Source of the DNA: Candidatus Omnitrophota bacterium | GTDB lineage: Bacteria; Omnitrophota; Omnitrophia; Omnitrophales; Aquincolibacteriaceae | DNA: 64,000 nt | Assembly: GCA_903884815.1 (NCBI GenBank) | Contig: CAISGE010000002.1 | Coordinates: 45,955-109,954 of the forward strand | Reading direction: 5' to 3' | In this document: in pieces, positions 19,329 to 29,601 of the stretch | Position numbering within the stretch: the first letter of the stretch is position 1 | How the letters are laid out: each line of letters starts with the position of its first letter | The notes under the pieces: generated by a model | Databases searched by the model: none | What the model saw: only the letters and a program-made list of their open reading frames with translations | Told to the model about the DNA's origin: nothing | Program-made: the position numbers and the translations under genes

Positions 19329-21785
19329 ATGCCGAGAAAATCAAAGACCCGAAAAAAAGCCGAAGCCAAAATGTTGCAGCAGGAAGATCATTCCGGGAAA
19401 AAGTTCGCCTCAAAATACGGTTACTTCACGCCGGACGGCCGCGAATACGTGATCACCCGCCCGGACACCCCGCGCCCGTGGGTGAACGTAATTTCGAACG
19501 GGGACTACGGCACGATCGAATCGCAGGCAGGTTCCGGATTCTCTTGGCGTGACAATTCCAATCTTTCGCGCGTGACGCGTTGGGATCAGGATCTTATCCG
19601 AGATAACTGGGGCAAATATATTTATGTGCGTGACCGAGACAATGGGGACTATTGGTCGGGGACCTGGAAGCCGTGCATGCCGAAATACGATTTTTTTGAA
19701 GTGCGCCATGGGCAGGGCTACTCGGTTCTGACCAGCAAGCTGAACGGAATTCGTCTCGAGAAAACCATCTTTGTGGATGTCGAAGATCCTGTCGAGGTCT
19801 GGAAGATCGTGCTCACAAACCAATCCGGGAAAAAACGCCGGATGAGCCTCTTTACTTATTTTGACTGGTGTCTCGGTAATTGGTCGGACACACACCGTGA
19901 ATTCCACAAAACTTTTATCGAAACCTGGATCGACAAAAAATTCGGTTGCATTCACGGTGTCAAGCGCGCGCCGCTCGTGCCGGGCTTTATCTCGACAGGC
20001 ATGACGGAAAAACCGCTACAGGGTTTTCACGCAGCCTATCCCAAGCCGGTAGCGTACGACGGAGACAAGGAATCTTTTCTCGGACGCTACGGCGAGATCC
20101 ACGCGCCGGCGGCAGTGGTGGAGGGAAAATGCCGCGGGTCGGAAGGAAAGTGGGGCGATGCCTCCGCGAGCCTTCAAGTCGATGTGGACCTGGAAGCCAA
20201 GGAATCGAAAACCGTGATCTTTACACTCGGCTCCACGCGCACGCGCGAAGAGGCTGAACGCATCATTCAGAAATATGCGAATCCCCGGACTGCAGACCAG
20301 GAGCTTAACAAGGTCAAGGCGCTCTGGGATTCGTTTGTCCACGCTTCCGAGGTTGAGACGCCGGACGAGGCGCTTAATTTCATGACGAATATCTGGATGA
20401 AATATCAGGCTATTTCCGCCCGAATCTGGGCAAAATGCGCGTATTACCAGTCAAGCGGCGGGTACGGCTTCCGCGACCAGTTGCAGGACTGCCAGATCTT
20501 TTTTGCGACGCGTCCGGAGCTCGCGAGAAAGCAGATCCTCCTTCACGCCGAACAGCAGTTTCCCGACGGGACGGTGTACCACTGGTGGCATCACGGCACG
20601 AATATCGGAGCGATCACGCATTGCTCCGACGACCTGCTGTGGCTGGACTTTATCACGTTGAATTATCTGGACGAAACGGCGGATGACGCGATCCTGGACA
20701 CGGTGGTGAAATTCCTCCCTGATCCGAAGACCAAAGAGATCACTTCCGGAACGCTTTATGATCATTTGCTCCGGGCGATCGACAAGGCATTCACGCGGTT
20801 TTCGCCGCGCGGGTTGCCTTTGATCGGCGAATGCGACTGGAACGACGGGCTTAGTCACGTCGGGACAAAGTGGAAAGGCGAATCAATCTGGCTCGGACAT
20901 TTCCTCTACGGGATCCTGAACCGCATCGCGCCGATCATGGAAACGCGCGGGGACAAGGCAAAGGCGGCCGAGTATCTCCGCCGCGCGGAATCGCTGAAAA
21001 GGTCGCTCAACAAGGAGGGCTGGGACGGGGAGTGGTATCTTGGGGCAACGCGCGATGACGGGCGGCCGCTCGGCAGCAAACAATGCGAGACCGGAAAGAT
21101 ATTCCTGAATTGCCAGACGTGGGCCGTGATCACCGGTGTTGCTGACGCGAAGCGCGCTCGGGTTGCGATGGATTCTGCCGCAAAATGGCTTTACAAAAAA
21201 TATGGGCCACTGCTTTTGACGCCGGGGTATAACCAGACCGACGCCACGATCGGCTACATCACGCGTTACGCGCCCTCGGTCCGCGAGAACGGCGGGCTTT
21301 ACACGCATGCTGGCACCTGGGCGGTTCAGGCCGAAGCGATGATGCGTGACGGAGAAAAAGCACATCAGGTTTATGATAGCTTCAATCCCGCGACGCGGGG
21401 TCTTGAGCCGGATATTTATTACAGCGAGCCTTACGTGACTCCGGGGAATGTGGACGGGCCAGATTCGCCCAACAACGGACGCGGAGGCTGGACTTGGTAC
21501 ACGGGTTCTGCCGCGTGGTATGCCGTGGTTGCGATGAATTGGATGCTAGGGATACGCCCGGTTGCCAAAGGACTTGCCGTCGATCCCGTGATCCCGAAGA
21601 AGTGGCCGGGTTTCAAAATGAAGCGGCTTTTCCGCGGCAGCACGTATTTGATCGAGGTCAAAAATCCCGCTCAGACAGGGCAAGGTGTCCAGTCGCTCCT
21701 GGTTGACGGGAAAAAGCAGAAAGAAAATCTCATTCCGGATTTTCGGGATGGGCGGACGCACCGGGTCGAAGTCACGCTCGGGTAA
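19329..21785 (+). CDS. GH94 glycoside phosphorylase resembling the Cgs/NdvB phosphorylase domain
   Basis: TPRPWVNVI, YYQSSGGYGFRDQLQD, HWWH, DWNDG (catalytic Asp), RENGGLYTHA, GRGGWTWYTGSA. Confidence 0.92.
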   Translation: MPRKSKTRKKAEAKMLQQEDHSGKKFASKYGYFTPDGREYVITRPDTPRPWVNVISNGDYGTIESQAGSGFSWRDNSNLSRVTRWDQDLIRDNWGKYIYVRDRDNGDYWSGTWKPCMPKYDFFEVRHGQGYSVLTSKLNGIRLEKTIFVDVEDPVEVWKIVLTNQSGKKRRMSLFTYFDWCLGNWSDTHREFHKTFIETWIDKKFGCIHGVKRAPLVPGFISTGMTEKPLQGFHAAYPKPVAYDGDKESFLGRYGEIHAPAAVVEGKCRGSEGKWGDASASLQVDVDLEAKESKTVIFTLGSTRTREEAERIIQKYANPRTADQELNKVKALWDSFVHASEVETPDEALNFMTNIWMKYQAISARIWAKCAYYQSSGGYGFRDQLQDCQIFFATRPELARKQILLHAEQQFPDGTVYHWWHHGTNIGAITHCSDDLLWLDFITLNYLDETADDAILDTVVKFLPDPKTKEITSGTLYDHLLRAIDKAFTRFSPRGLPLIGECDWNDGLSHVGTKWKGESIWLGHFLYGILNRIAPIMETRGDKAKAAEYLRRAESLKRSLNKEGWDGEWYLGATRDDGRPLGSKQCETGKIFLNCQTWAVITGVADAKRARVAMDSAAKWLYKKYGPLLLTPGYNQTDATIGYITRYAPSVRENGGLYTHAGTWAVQAEAMMRDGEKAHQVYDSFNPATRGLEPDIYYSEPYVTPGNVDGPDSPNNGRGGWTWYTGSAAWYAVVAMNWMLGIRPVAKGLAVDPVIPKKWPGFKMKRLFRGSTYLIEVKNPAQTGQGVQSLLVDGKKQKENLIPDFRDGRTHRVEVTLG

Positions 21786-21796
21786 TCGGACAGCGC

Positions 21797-23893
21797 ATGA
21801 AATTCCCCAGAGAGCGCTTTTCAGGTTTTCTAAACAGCCGGAGGAGTGCTCTTTGTTTTTTTGCTGCGGCGCTTTTTATCGCCGCGGTTCTTCCGGCACA
21901 GAGTTTTGCCGCACCCGAAAAAAAGAGCAAGCCCTCCGGGATCATCGTGCAACAGATCGGTCCTGCCGGTGAAGAAGCCCCCCTCGATATCGGGAGCATC
22001 TACAAGAGCGTCCCCCCGGATAAGCCCCTTCAGTTCTCGACGCGGTTCAGGGTGGTCGATGATTTCTCGACCAAGGAACTCAAAAATCGCCTCGGGGGCA
22101 GTTGGTCCGTGGAGACGGGCAAAGAGAAAAGGGTCACGCTCGAATTCAAAAAAGATGACGCCCGGGGCACGCGTTCAGGGGCGTCCCTTTGGGCGCGCTA
22201 CAACCTTAAGAGCAAAGAAACCGCCGTATTCGAGACCTCGCTTGATAAACTCGACATGAGTGCCGCGCAATATCTGGCAATCCAATGCCAGACGCAATCC
22301 CTGGCCGCTTCGAAGGGGCGCTTCCGGGTGTCGCTTACGGATTGGGCCGGAAAGACCGTGGAGCGCGACATCACAGATGCCTGTAGCGCCAAGGAGGGCT
22401 GGAATGAAGAGATCCTCCCGCTTTCTGTTTTCCGGGGAGTGGATCTCAATCAACTGAACACGCTCTCTTTTAATTTTGTCGCGCGCGGAAAGAATGCAGC
22501 GGGAAAAGTGGGAGTAGATGAGATCGCCTTCTTCGGGCCGCCGGAAGTCGGTTTCGAGAGCGTTCTGGACAACATGAAGGGGTTCCCCCTTGAGACGCTT
22601 GATGAATCCCGACGCAAGGAACTGCTCGGGACGGCAAACGACAAGGAGCTTCTTCTCAAGATTGCGAAAGATACGTGGCGATATTTCGAGGACGCGGCGG
22701 ATAAAAAGAATAATCTGGTGATCGACCACATCAAGACCGGGGATTTTCCTCTGGCGGCCGCCTACACCTCTCCCACGAATATCGCTCTGGACCTGATGGG
22801 GGCCGTGGCCGCGCGCGAACTGGGATTTCTCTCTCCCGAGGCGGCTACTCAGCACGTCGAAAAGGTAATGGCCACACTAAAAAAAATGAAGACCTGGAAG
22901 GGATTCTTTTTAAATTTTTATGAAACGTATCAGCTTGGCGTCAGCCGGTCTTTCGCCTCGAGCGTGGATAACGGATGGATTGCCATTGCGCTCGTGGTAG
23001 TCCGGCAAGCTTTTCCAGGAGAGATCGCGCGTGATGCGACCGCGATTCTGGACAAAATGGATTTCGAGGATTTTCTGGATCCCGACAGCAATCATCTTGC
23101 GATCGGCTATGATCTGGAGAGGCAGGGGCCGACCCCGTACCACTATGGCATGCTCGTGACAGAAGCTCGCGCCATGAGCCTTTTGGCGATCGGGAAAGGG
23201 GATCTCTCCGAGGCACACTGGTGGTCGCTTTATCGCGTGGGGCCGGAGTCCTGGGACTGGCAATCGCAGAAACCTCAGGGAAAAAAGATCGAGCGCGGTA
23301 GCGTCAGTTATTTTCAGGGTTATTACAAGGACGGGAAGCAGAAGTTTGTGCCGAGCTGGGGAGGTTCTTTCTTTGAGTTTCTGATGCCGACCCTGGTGAT
23401 CAATGAGAAAAAATTCGCTCCCAAAGGTTTAGGGATGAACGACAAGATCGTGACCGAGCTCCAGCGGGACTACGCGCTCACGGAGAAAAAGTATCCTGTC
23501 TGGGGGATCTCGCCCTCGTCGACGGCGGATGGGCGCCGGTGGCAATACGGTGAATACGGCGTTAAAAAGCTGGGGGTGAAGGGCTACCCGGACCGCGGAG
23601 TGATCACGCCTCACGCAAGCTTTCTGGCGCTTGAGACGCTCCCCAAGGACGCGATCAAGAATATCCGCAAGCTTCTCACGTATAAAATGTACGGGGAATA
23701 CGGTTTTTATGACACCGTCACTTTTCCGAGCGAGAGAGTGAATACTCAATATCTGGCGCTGGATCAGGGCATGGAGCTTATTCCGATCGCGAATTATCTG
23801 AAAAACGGTGTGATCCAGGAATATTTCCATAAAGATCCGTACGGAAAGAAGGCGCAGAAACTTTTGGAGCAGGAAGACTTCTTCAAAAACTGA
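21797..23893 (+). CDS. Secreted GH144/GH189-clan (DUF3131/glucoamylase-like) putative beta-1,2-glucanase with an N-terminal CBM-like domain
   Basis: Signal peptide (...AQSFA); beta-sandwich domain; YTSPTNI, SSVDNG, TEAR, SWGGSFFEFLMP, WGISPS, YGFYD, LDQGM. Confidence 0.8.
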   Translation: MKFPRERFSGFLNSRRSALCFFAAALFIAAVLPAQSFAAPEKKSKPSGIIVQQIGPAGEEAPLDIGSIYKSVPPDKPLQFSTRFRVVDDFSTKELKNRLGGSWSVETGKEKRVTLEFKKDDARGTRSGASLWARYNLKSKETAVFETSLDKLDMSAAQYLAIQCQTQSLAASKGRFRVSLTDWAGKTVERDITDACSAKEGWNEEILPLSVFRGVDLNQLNTLSFNFVARGKNAAGKVGVDEIAFFGPPEVGFESVLDNMKGFPLETLDESRRKELLGTANDKELLLKIAKDTWRYFEDAADKKNNLVIDHIKTGDFPLAAAYTSPTNIALDLMGAVAARELGFLSPEAATQHVEKVMATLKKMKTWKGFFLNFYETYQLGVSRSFASSVDNGWIAIALVVVRQAFPGEIARDATAILDKMDFEDFLDPDSNHLAIGYDLERQGPTPYHYGMLVTEARAMSLLAIGKGDLSEAHWWSLYRVGPESWDWQSQKPQGKKIERGSVSYFQGYYKDGKQKFVPSWGGSFFEFLMPTLVINEKKFAPKGLGMNDKIVTELQRDYALTEKKYPVWGISPSSTADGRRWQYGEYGVKKLGVKGYPDRGVITPHASFLALETLPKDAIKNIRKLLTYKMYGEYGFYDTVTFPSERVNTQYLALDQGMELIPIANYLKNGVIQEYFHKDPYGKKAQKLLEQEDFFKN

Positions 23894-23980
23894 GCGCCAC
23901 AAGCGTTTGTGAGAGAAGGGTTTAGGTCTTTGCGTAAGACGGATGGCGGGAAAGTCTTAGGGCAGTCCCAAATTAACTCT

Positions 23981-24045
23981 TTGAAAAAGCATATCGTGGA
24001 GTTAAAATGAGCGCCGCATGTGGCACTTATATAGCTATGAAATAA
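23981..24045 (+). promoter_or_regulatory. Possible promoter and ROK-type operator upstream of the ROK regulator
   Basis: TTGAAA (23981), 16 bp spacer, TAAAAT (24003); TTATAT-N7-AAATAA at 24027-24045 resembles NagC/Mlc-type operators. Confidence 0.35.
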
Positions 24046-24085
24046 CAGGTTGCGAAAAGAACAAAATTCGAAAGGAGAGGCTCTC

Positions 24086-25303
24086 ATGATCATCAAACAA
24101 ATGCTCAAAGACAGGACGCTGACGGACAAGGAGAGAAAAAATCTCGCCATTCTCGAAGTAGTCCGCAAGAATGGCCCCATCTCCCGCACCGATATTTCCA
24201 AACTCACCGAGCTGAACATCGTCACTGTCTCCAATTATGTGAGCCATTACATCAAAAAAGGCCTCATGATCGAGGGAGAACTGGATGAATCGACGGGCGG
24301 CCGCAAGCCGGTGCTCGTGGAGCTCAACCCCAAGGCGGGCTACATTGTCGGCGTGGGCCTCAACATGATGAGCATGGTCGCGGTCTTAGTGGACCTTGAG
24401 ATCAATGTCATTAGCGAGATCAAGCGCGAGCGGGCTCCGGAAAATTCCGAAACCGTCATCCTCCAGATGGTGGATCTTGCTGCTGAGATCATTGAAAAAG
24501 CCGAGATCGATAAGTCCAAGATCGTCGGCCTCGGGGTCGGTATCCCCGGCATCATCGATGAACGCGGGCGGACGATCCGCTGGCCGCAAAGCCTGGGCGA
24601 CAAGGATATCTCGGTCTGCTCCTCTATTAAGGACACCTTTGAAAAGCGACTCAATATTCCCACGATCGTGGAGAATGACGCGAACGCGGCGGTGCTCGGA
24701 GAGAAATGGCTCGGCCTTGATCGCGATGTACGGAACATGGTGTATATGTTTTCGGGCGTCGGCTGCGGCATTTTAATCAATGAGGAGATCTACCGGGGAG
24801 CGAACGGCGCCGCGGGAGAGCTCGGGATTACGAGCACGCACGCCAGCAAAGACTATTCGTTTAAGATCGCGACGCAACTCGGCCGCTGGGAAATGGATAT
24901 CGGCATGGTCCGTCACGCCAAGGAACGCATCGAAAAAGGGGAGCCTTCGCTCCTCAAAGATCTCGTGAAGGGCGACCTTTCGAAGATCACGTTCCGGGAG
25001 ATCGTCAAGGCCATCAAGGAAAAAGACGCGGTCGCGCTCAAGGTGGCAGATCAAGCCGGGCAAGATCTCGGCAAAAAGATCGCCTTCATCGTGAACCTTC
25101 TCAACCCGGAAGTGGTCGTGATCGGCGGCGGCATTGAGGATTGCGGCGCGGTGCTCCTGGATTCGATCAAGAACACCATCAAGGAATGGTCCGTGGAAGA
25201 AGCCGCGACGCAGGTCAAGATCATTCCGTCCGCTTTCGGCGAAAATGCCGTGGCGCTCGGCGTGGTCGGCATTGTGGCCCGCGAAATCTTCGCGCAGGCT
25301 TAA
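24086..25303 (+). CDS. ROK family transcriptional regulator
   Basis: N-terminal HTH (GPISRTDIS...STGGRKP), GVGIPG, ENDANAAVLGE, GAAGELG; AAGGAGAGG SD. Confidence 0.95.
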   Translation: MIIKQMLKDRTLTDKERKNLAILEVVRKNGPISRTDISKLTELNIVTVSNYVSHYIKKGLMIEGELDESTGGRKPVLVELNPKAGYIVGVGLNMMSMVAVLVDLEINVISEIKRERAPENSETVILQMVDLAAEIIEKAEIDKSKIVGLGVGIPGIIDERGRTIRWPQSLGDKDISVCSSIKDTFEKRLNIPTIVENDANAAVLGEKWLGLDRDVRNMVYMFSGVGCGILINEEIYRGANGAAGELGITSTHASKDYSFKIATQLGRWEMDIGMVRHAKERIEKGEPSLLKDLVKGDLSKITFREIVKAIKEKDAVALKVADQAGQDLGKKIAFIVNLLNPEVVVIGGGIEDCGAVLLDSIKNTIKEWSVEEAATQVKIIPSAFGENAVALGVVGIVAREIFAQA

Positions 25304-25327
25304 AGCCGTTTCTTTTTGACGCCACCG

Positions 25328-26377
25328 ATGAAAGCCTTCATTCAGGAGCTTAAGTCCCGGGTTCTCTCGGGCGGGGCCATCACTCAAGAAGAAGCCCTTC
25401 GTCTCGTTTCGATAGAGGACGTTTCCACCCGCGAGATTTTGGCCGAAGCCGCGCACGCGCTCACCGAAAAATTCTGTCCCTCCAAACCCGATCTCTGTTC
25501 TCTTGTGAATGCCAAAAGCTATCTTTGTTCCGAAGACTGCGGCTTTTGTTCCCAGTCTTCACATTACAAGACCGGCGTGAAGCGTTACCCGCTGATGCGG
25601 CCCGAAGAGGTGCTGGTACAGGCTCAAACGGCTGAGGCGAACGGGGTGCAAAGTTTTTGTGTGGTGACAAGCGGCGAGACCTTGAATGACGCGGAATTCG
25701 AACAAGTTCTCGCGACCTTCCGGCTTTTGACCGAGAAAACCGGACTTCGGCTTGACGGCTCGCTTGGGAATCTTACGGCGGAACAGGTCCGGAAATTACA
25801 GGAAGCTGGCATGCGTCGCTTTAACCACAATCTCCAGTGCTCGCGCGAGTTTTATCCCGAAATCGTGTCCACCCATACCTACGACGAGCGAATGGAGACT
25901 TTAAAGTTCCTGGAGCAGAACGGAGTGGAAGTTTGTTCCGGCGGCATTTTCGGCATGGGGGAAACGCGGGAGGACAGGATCCGTCTCGCCTTCGAGCTTA
26001 AACCTTATGACCTGCACTGCCTTCCCATTAATATCCTGAACCCGCGGCCGGGAACGCCGTTGGAAAGCCGTCTTCCGATCGATCCGGCGGAGATCCTCAA
26101 GACCGTCGCGATCTACCGCTTCATTCATCCGAGAGCGAATATCAAGCTCGCCGGCGGCCGGGAGCTCAATCTCGGCGTTTATTTTCAGGAAAAAGCCTTG
26201 CGCGGCGGTGCGAACGGTTTTGTGGTCGGCGGGTATCTCACCACCACCGGCAACCCTCTTGGCGAGGATTTCGACATGCTTCGGCGCGCGGGTTTTTCAG
26301 TGGAAGCGGGCCGCGAGCAAAGCTGCTGCTGTGAGACGCAGGCGGGATGCTCCTCCGGTTGCGGACAAAAAAGTTAA
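25328..26377 (+). CDS. bioB: Biotin synthase
   Basis: NAKS..CSEDCGFCSQS, FNHNL, VCSGGIFGMGE, PINILNPRPGTP, AGGRE, GYLTT; Cys-rich C-terminal tail. Confidence 0.95.
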   Translation: MKAFIQELKSRVLSGGAITQEEALRLVSIEDVSTREILAEAAHALTEKFCPSKPDLCSLVNAKSYLCSEDCGFCSQSSHYKTGVKRYPLMRPEEVLVQAQTAEANGVQSFCVVTSGETLNDAEFEQVLATFRLLTEKTGLRLDGSLGNLTAEQVRKLQEAGMRRFNHNLQCSREFYPEIVSTHTYDERMETLKFLEQNGVEVCSGGIFGMGETREDRIRLAFELKPYDLHCLPINILNPRPGTPLESRLPIDPAEILKTVAIYRFIHPRANIKLAGGRELNLGVYFQEKALRGGANGFVVGGYLTTTGNPLGEDFDMLRRAGFSVEAGREQSCCCETQAGCSSGCGQKS

Positions 26378-26390
26378 ACCAGCCTTGGAA

Positions 26391-27113
26391 ATGCTCCTTA
26401 AAGATAAAACGATCCTTATCACCGGCGGAACAAGCACCCTCGGGCAAGCCTTTGTCCGGAAAGCGTCCACCGCAGGAGCCCGCGTTTTTTTTACTTATTT
26501 CAACTCTTCCGTCGTGGCCCGCGAACTTGAATCCTGCGGGGCAATGGGCCTTCCTCTGGATCTCGCTGACATGCGGGCGATCGATGCTTTTGTTGCGGAG
26601 TTCACAAAAAAAGCAGGGGGGCTCGACATCCTGATCCATAATGCCGCCGCGTTCGCGAATGCGCTCATCGAGCAAATGACCGAAAAGCAGTGGGACGATG
26701 TTCTTCGGGTCAACCTCAAGGCGCCTTTTTATCTGACGCGAAAACTTCTGCCCCTTCTCATGCAGAAAAAGCCGAGTAAGGTTTTTATGATGATCAGCCG
26801 TACGGGTTTAAGCGGGCTTGCCGGCGCCGCCAATTACGCGGCCTCCAAAGGGGGGCTGATCGCGATGACCAAGTCGTTAGCCAAAGAGCTGGGGCGGAAG
26901 AAGATCCTGGTGAATGGCGTGAATCCAGGGTTTATGGAGTCCGGCATGACCCGGAGCCTTTCCGAAAAAACGCTTCAGATAAATCTCGAAGAAAGCCCCC
27001 TCAAAAGTTACTCGGACCCTGAAGAAGTCGCTGATTTTCTCGTCTACCTTGCTTCTGACCAGATGCGGCAAGTCACGGGGCAAGTGTTTCATTTTGAATC
27101 CCGGCCTTTCTAA
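26391..27113 (+). CDS. FabG-like short-chain dehydrogenase (3-oxoacyl-ACP reductase family)
   Basis: ITGGTSTLG, HNAA, NYAASKGG, VNPGFMESGMT, VTGQV. Confidence 0.9.
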   Translation: MLLKDKTILITGGTSTLGQAFVRKASTAGARVFFTYFNSSVVARELESCGAMGLPLDLADMRAIDAFVAEFTKKAGGLDILIHNAAAFANALIEQMTEKQWDDVLRVNLKAPFYLTRKLLPLLMQKKPSKVFMMISRTGLSGLAGAANYAASKGGLIAMTKSLAKELGRKKILVNGVNPGFMESGMTRSLSEKTLQINLEESPLKSYSDPEEVADFLVYLASDQMRQVTGQVFHFESRPF

Positions 27114-27158
27114 GGTAGAATTTTCTCCTACTTCACACCGGAAGGAGTTCCCCAGAAC

Positions 27159-28364
27159 ATGAAACGACGCGTCGTAGTGACGGGCATGGGCGTGCTTTCT
27201 CCGATCGGCAATACGCTTGCCGAATTCCGCGAGAATCTCAAGGTGGGCGTCTGCGGTAAAGACAGCAAAGACTATATGACCGCAGGAGGCTACAGGTTCC
27301 CGCCGGTGTTTCCCCTCAAGGACTTCAGCCCGCGTCCTTACAACACGCAGCTACACGATCCTTTTATACAATATGCCGTCGCTGCTGCGGAGCAAGCCGT
27401 CGCTGACGCGCATTTCGATCTCAAAGCGGTTGATCCATACACGATCGCCCTCTCTGTGAGCTCCAGCAAAGGCGGCGTCCACAGCCTTGGCCGTTTCAAA
27501 GAGCGATTTCTCCGTAGTCCGAGCGCGATGCTGGGGGCGCGGATGTACACGAGCGCGGTCCCCAATTTCGCCGACCAGTGGATCGCCCGGCGCATGAAGA
27601 TCCAGGGGCCGGCCAAATGTTATGTCGCGGCTTGCGCAACTGGCACCGTGGCGATCACCCAGGGGTTTCGCATGGTCTCGGAAGGTCAGGCCGAATATTG
27701 TCTCGCGGGGGCGACCGACGCTTCGATCACGCCGCTGATGCTCGGAGGCTACGACAGTATGAAGGCGCTGGCAAAGCACGATATTCGTCCGTTCGACAAG
27801 CGGCGCGACGGCTTTCTGGTTGGCGAGGGGGCGGGCGTGGTCTTTCTCGAGACCCTTGAGAGCGCTAAGGCGCGCGGCGCCCGGATCTACGGCGAGATCA
27901 TCGAAGCAGCTAACGGACAGGACAGCAAACATCCCATTCAGTTCGATCTTGAGGAACACGCACTGTCGTACACTTTGAATGTCCTTTTGAAGCGCGCCGG
28001 GATCACGGCGCGGGAGATCGACTACATCAATCTGCATGGCACTGGAACGCGGCATGGTGATCTTTATGAAACGTTGGAGCTTAAAGAGGCGTTCGGAAGC
28101 GCGGCCTATAAGATCCCGATGAGCTCCACCAAAGGCGCGACGGGGCATATGCTCGGGGCGACCGGCGCGATTGAGATCATCGCGACGATTCTCGGGATCG
28201 ACGAAGGCTTTGTGCCACCGACACTGGGACTGGAAGAAAATGATCCTGAGTGCGATCTCGATTACACGCCGCTTAAGATGCGTCCACACAAAATTACGAA
28301 TGCGATCAAACTCTCCATGGGGTTTGGCGGAAATGTCGCTGCTATTCTATTGCGCAAGGTATGA
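27159..28364 (+). CDS. FabF-like beta-ketoacyl-ACP synthase
   Basis: RRVVVTGMG, AACATG (Cys), NLHGTGT (His), STKGATGHMLG (His), GFGG. Confidence 0.92.
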   Translation: MKRRVVVTGMGVLSPIGNTLAEFRENLKVGVCGKDSKDYMTAGGYRFPPVFPLKDFSPRPYNTQLHDPFIQYAVAAAEQAVADAHFDLKAVDPYTIALSVSSSKGGVHSLGRFKERFLRSPSAMLGARMYTSAVPNFADQWIARRMKIQGPAKCYVAACATGTVAITQGFRMVSEGQAEYCLAGATDASITPLMLGGYDSMKALAKHDIRPFDKRRDGFLVGEGAGVVFLETLESAKARGARIYGEIIEAANGQDSKHPIQFDLEEHALSYTLNVLLKRAGITAREIDYINLHGTGTRHGDLYETLELKEAFGSAAYKIPMSSTKGATGHMLGATGAIEIIATILGIDEGFVPPTLGLEENDPECDLDYTPLKMRPHKITNAIKLSMGFGGNVAAILLRKV

Positions 28365-29503
28365 AAAACAACTATCGCCAGGAACTCGAAGAGCTGAAAC
28401 AAAAAAACCTCTACCGTCGTCTCCGCGTCCTTGAGGGAAATGAAGGAACACGGGCCGTTTTCGAGGGCCGGAAGATCCTCCTTTTCTGTGGCAATGATTA
28501 CCTGGGACTCAGCCGTCACCCGCGAGTGATGGTCGCCGCGCACCAGGCGATCGATCGCTACGGCGTGGGTGCGCGTTCAGCCAGGCTGATCGCCGGGACC
28601 ACCGAGGCGCACGCTTCCCTGGAAAAAAAGATCGCGGAGTTCAAAAACAAGGAAGCCGCGCTCGTTTTTGGCTCCGGCTTTCTCGCAAATCTCGGGATCC
28701 TGACCGCTTTCGCGGACAAAGATGATGTCGTGGTCATGGACAAGCTGTGCCACGCGTCGCTGATTGACGGGGCGAGACTTTCCGGGGCGGAGCTCCGCGT
28801 CTTTCCGCACAAGAATTATGAGAAATGTGAAGAGATCCTAAAAAAATGTACGGCCCCCCGGAAGCTTCTTGTGACGGAGAATGTTTTCGGCATGGACGGA
28901 GACCGGGCAGATCTTCCGGCGCTGATACGTCTCAAGAAAAAATACGGCGCGCTCCTCATTGTGGATGACGCGCATGGCACCGGGATCTTTAAAAAAACCA
29001 GCCCCGGTTCGACGGCGCATTTCTCCAAGGGCATCGATGTGATCATGGGAACGCTTTCCAAGGCCATTGGCGGACTCGGGGGGTTTGTGGCGGCGGACCA
29101 GGAACTGATCGATCATCTGGTCAATTTCGCGAGGCCTTTCATTTTCGCGACAGCCCTGCCGCCTGTCCTTTGCAAAGCCGCGCGCGAGGCTTTTTGTGTG
29201 ATCGAAGAGGAGCCGGGGCTTCTCAAGAAGCTATGGACGAATATTCGCGAAGTTCATCAGGGGCTCACGAAGCTTGGTTTCTCTCTCGCTAAGCCCGAGT
29301 CCGCGATACTGCCCGTGATCCTGGGCGACGAGGGGAAGGCCATGGCTGCCTTTGAAAAGCTTCTCGCTCACGGACTCTTTATTCCCGCAGTCCGCTATCC
29401 GACCGTGCCCAAAGGCAAAGCGCGCCTCCGCATTACCGTCTCCGCCGCTCATACGGCCCAGGACATTCAAACGCTTCTCAAGGCATTCAAGGCCCTGGCA
29501 TGA
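28361..29503 (+). CDS. bioF: 8-amino-7-oxononanoate synthase
   Basis: NDYLGL, HASLIDG, VFGMDGD, DDAHG, GTLSKA, RYPTVPKGKARLR. Confidence 0.96.
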   Translation: MKNNYRQELEELKQKNLYRRLRVLEGNEGTRAVFEGRKILLFCGNDYLGLSRHPRVMVAAHQAIDRYGVGARSARLIAGTTEAHASLEKKIAEFKNKEAALVFGSGFLANLGILTAFADKDDVVVMDKLCHASLIDGARLSGAELRVFPHKNYEKCEEILKKCTAPRKLLVTENVFGMDGDRADLPALIRLKKKYGALLIVDDAHGTGIFKKTSPGSTAHFSKGIDVIMGTLSKAIGGLGGFVAADQELIDHLVNFARPFIFATALPPVLCKAAREAFCVIEEEPGLLKKLWTNIREVHQGLTKLGFSLAKPESAILPVILGDEGKAMAAFEKLLAHGLFIPAVRYPTVPKGKARLRITVSAAHTAQDIQTLLKAFKALA

Positions 29504-29550
29504 AAACGGCCCCGGACGCCCCATTGAAAGTGAAGGATTAGGAGGTATTT

Positions 29551-29601
29551 GTGAAACTGGAGAAAGAAGCGAGAGCGCAGAAAAGGGGATTGTGGAAATG
29601 A
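29551..29601 (+). pseudogene. Remnant resembling the C-terminus of a thermonuclease (SNase)
   Basis: GTG..TGA encodes VKLEKEARAQKRGLWK; its stop overlaps the next ATG; an in-frame TAG lies just upstream at 29539. Confidence 0.55.
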
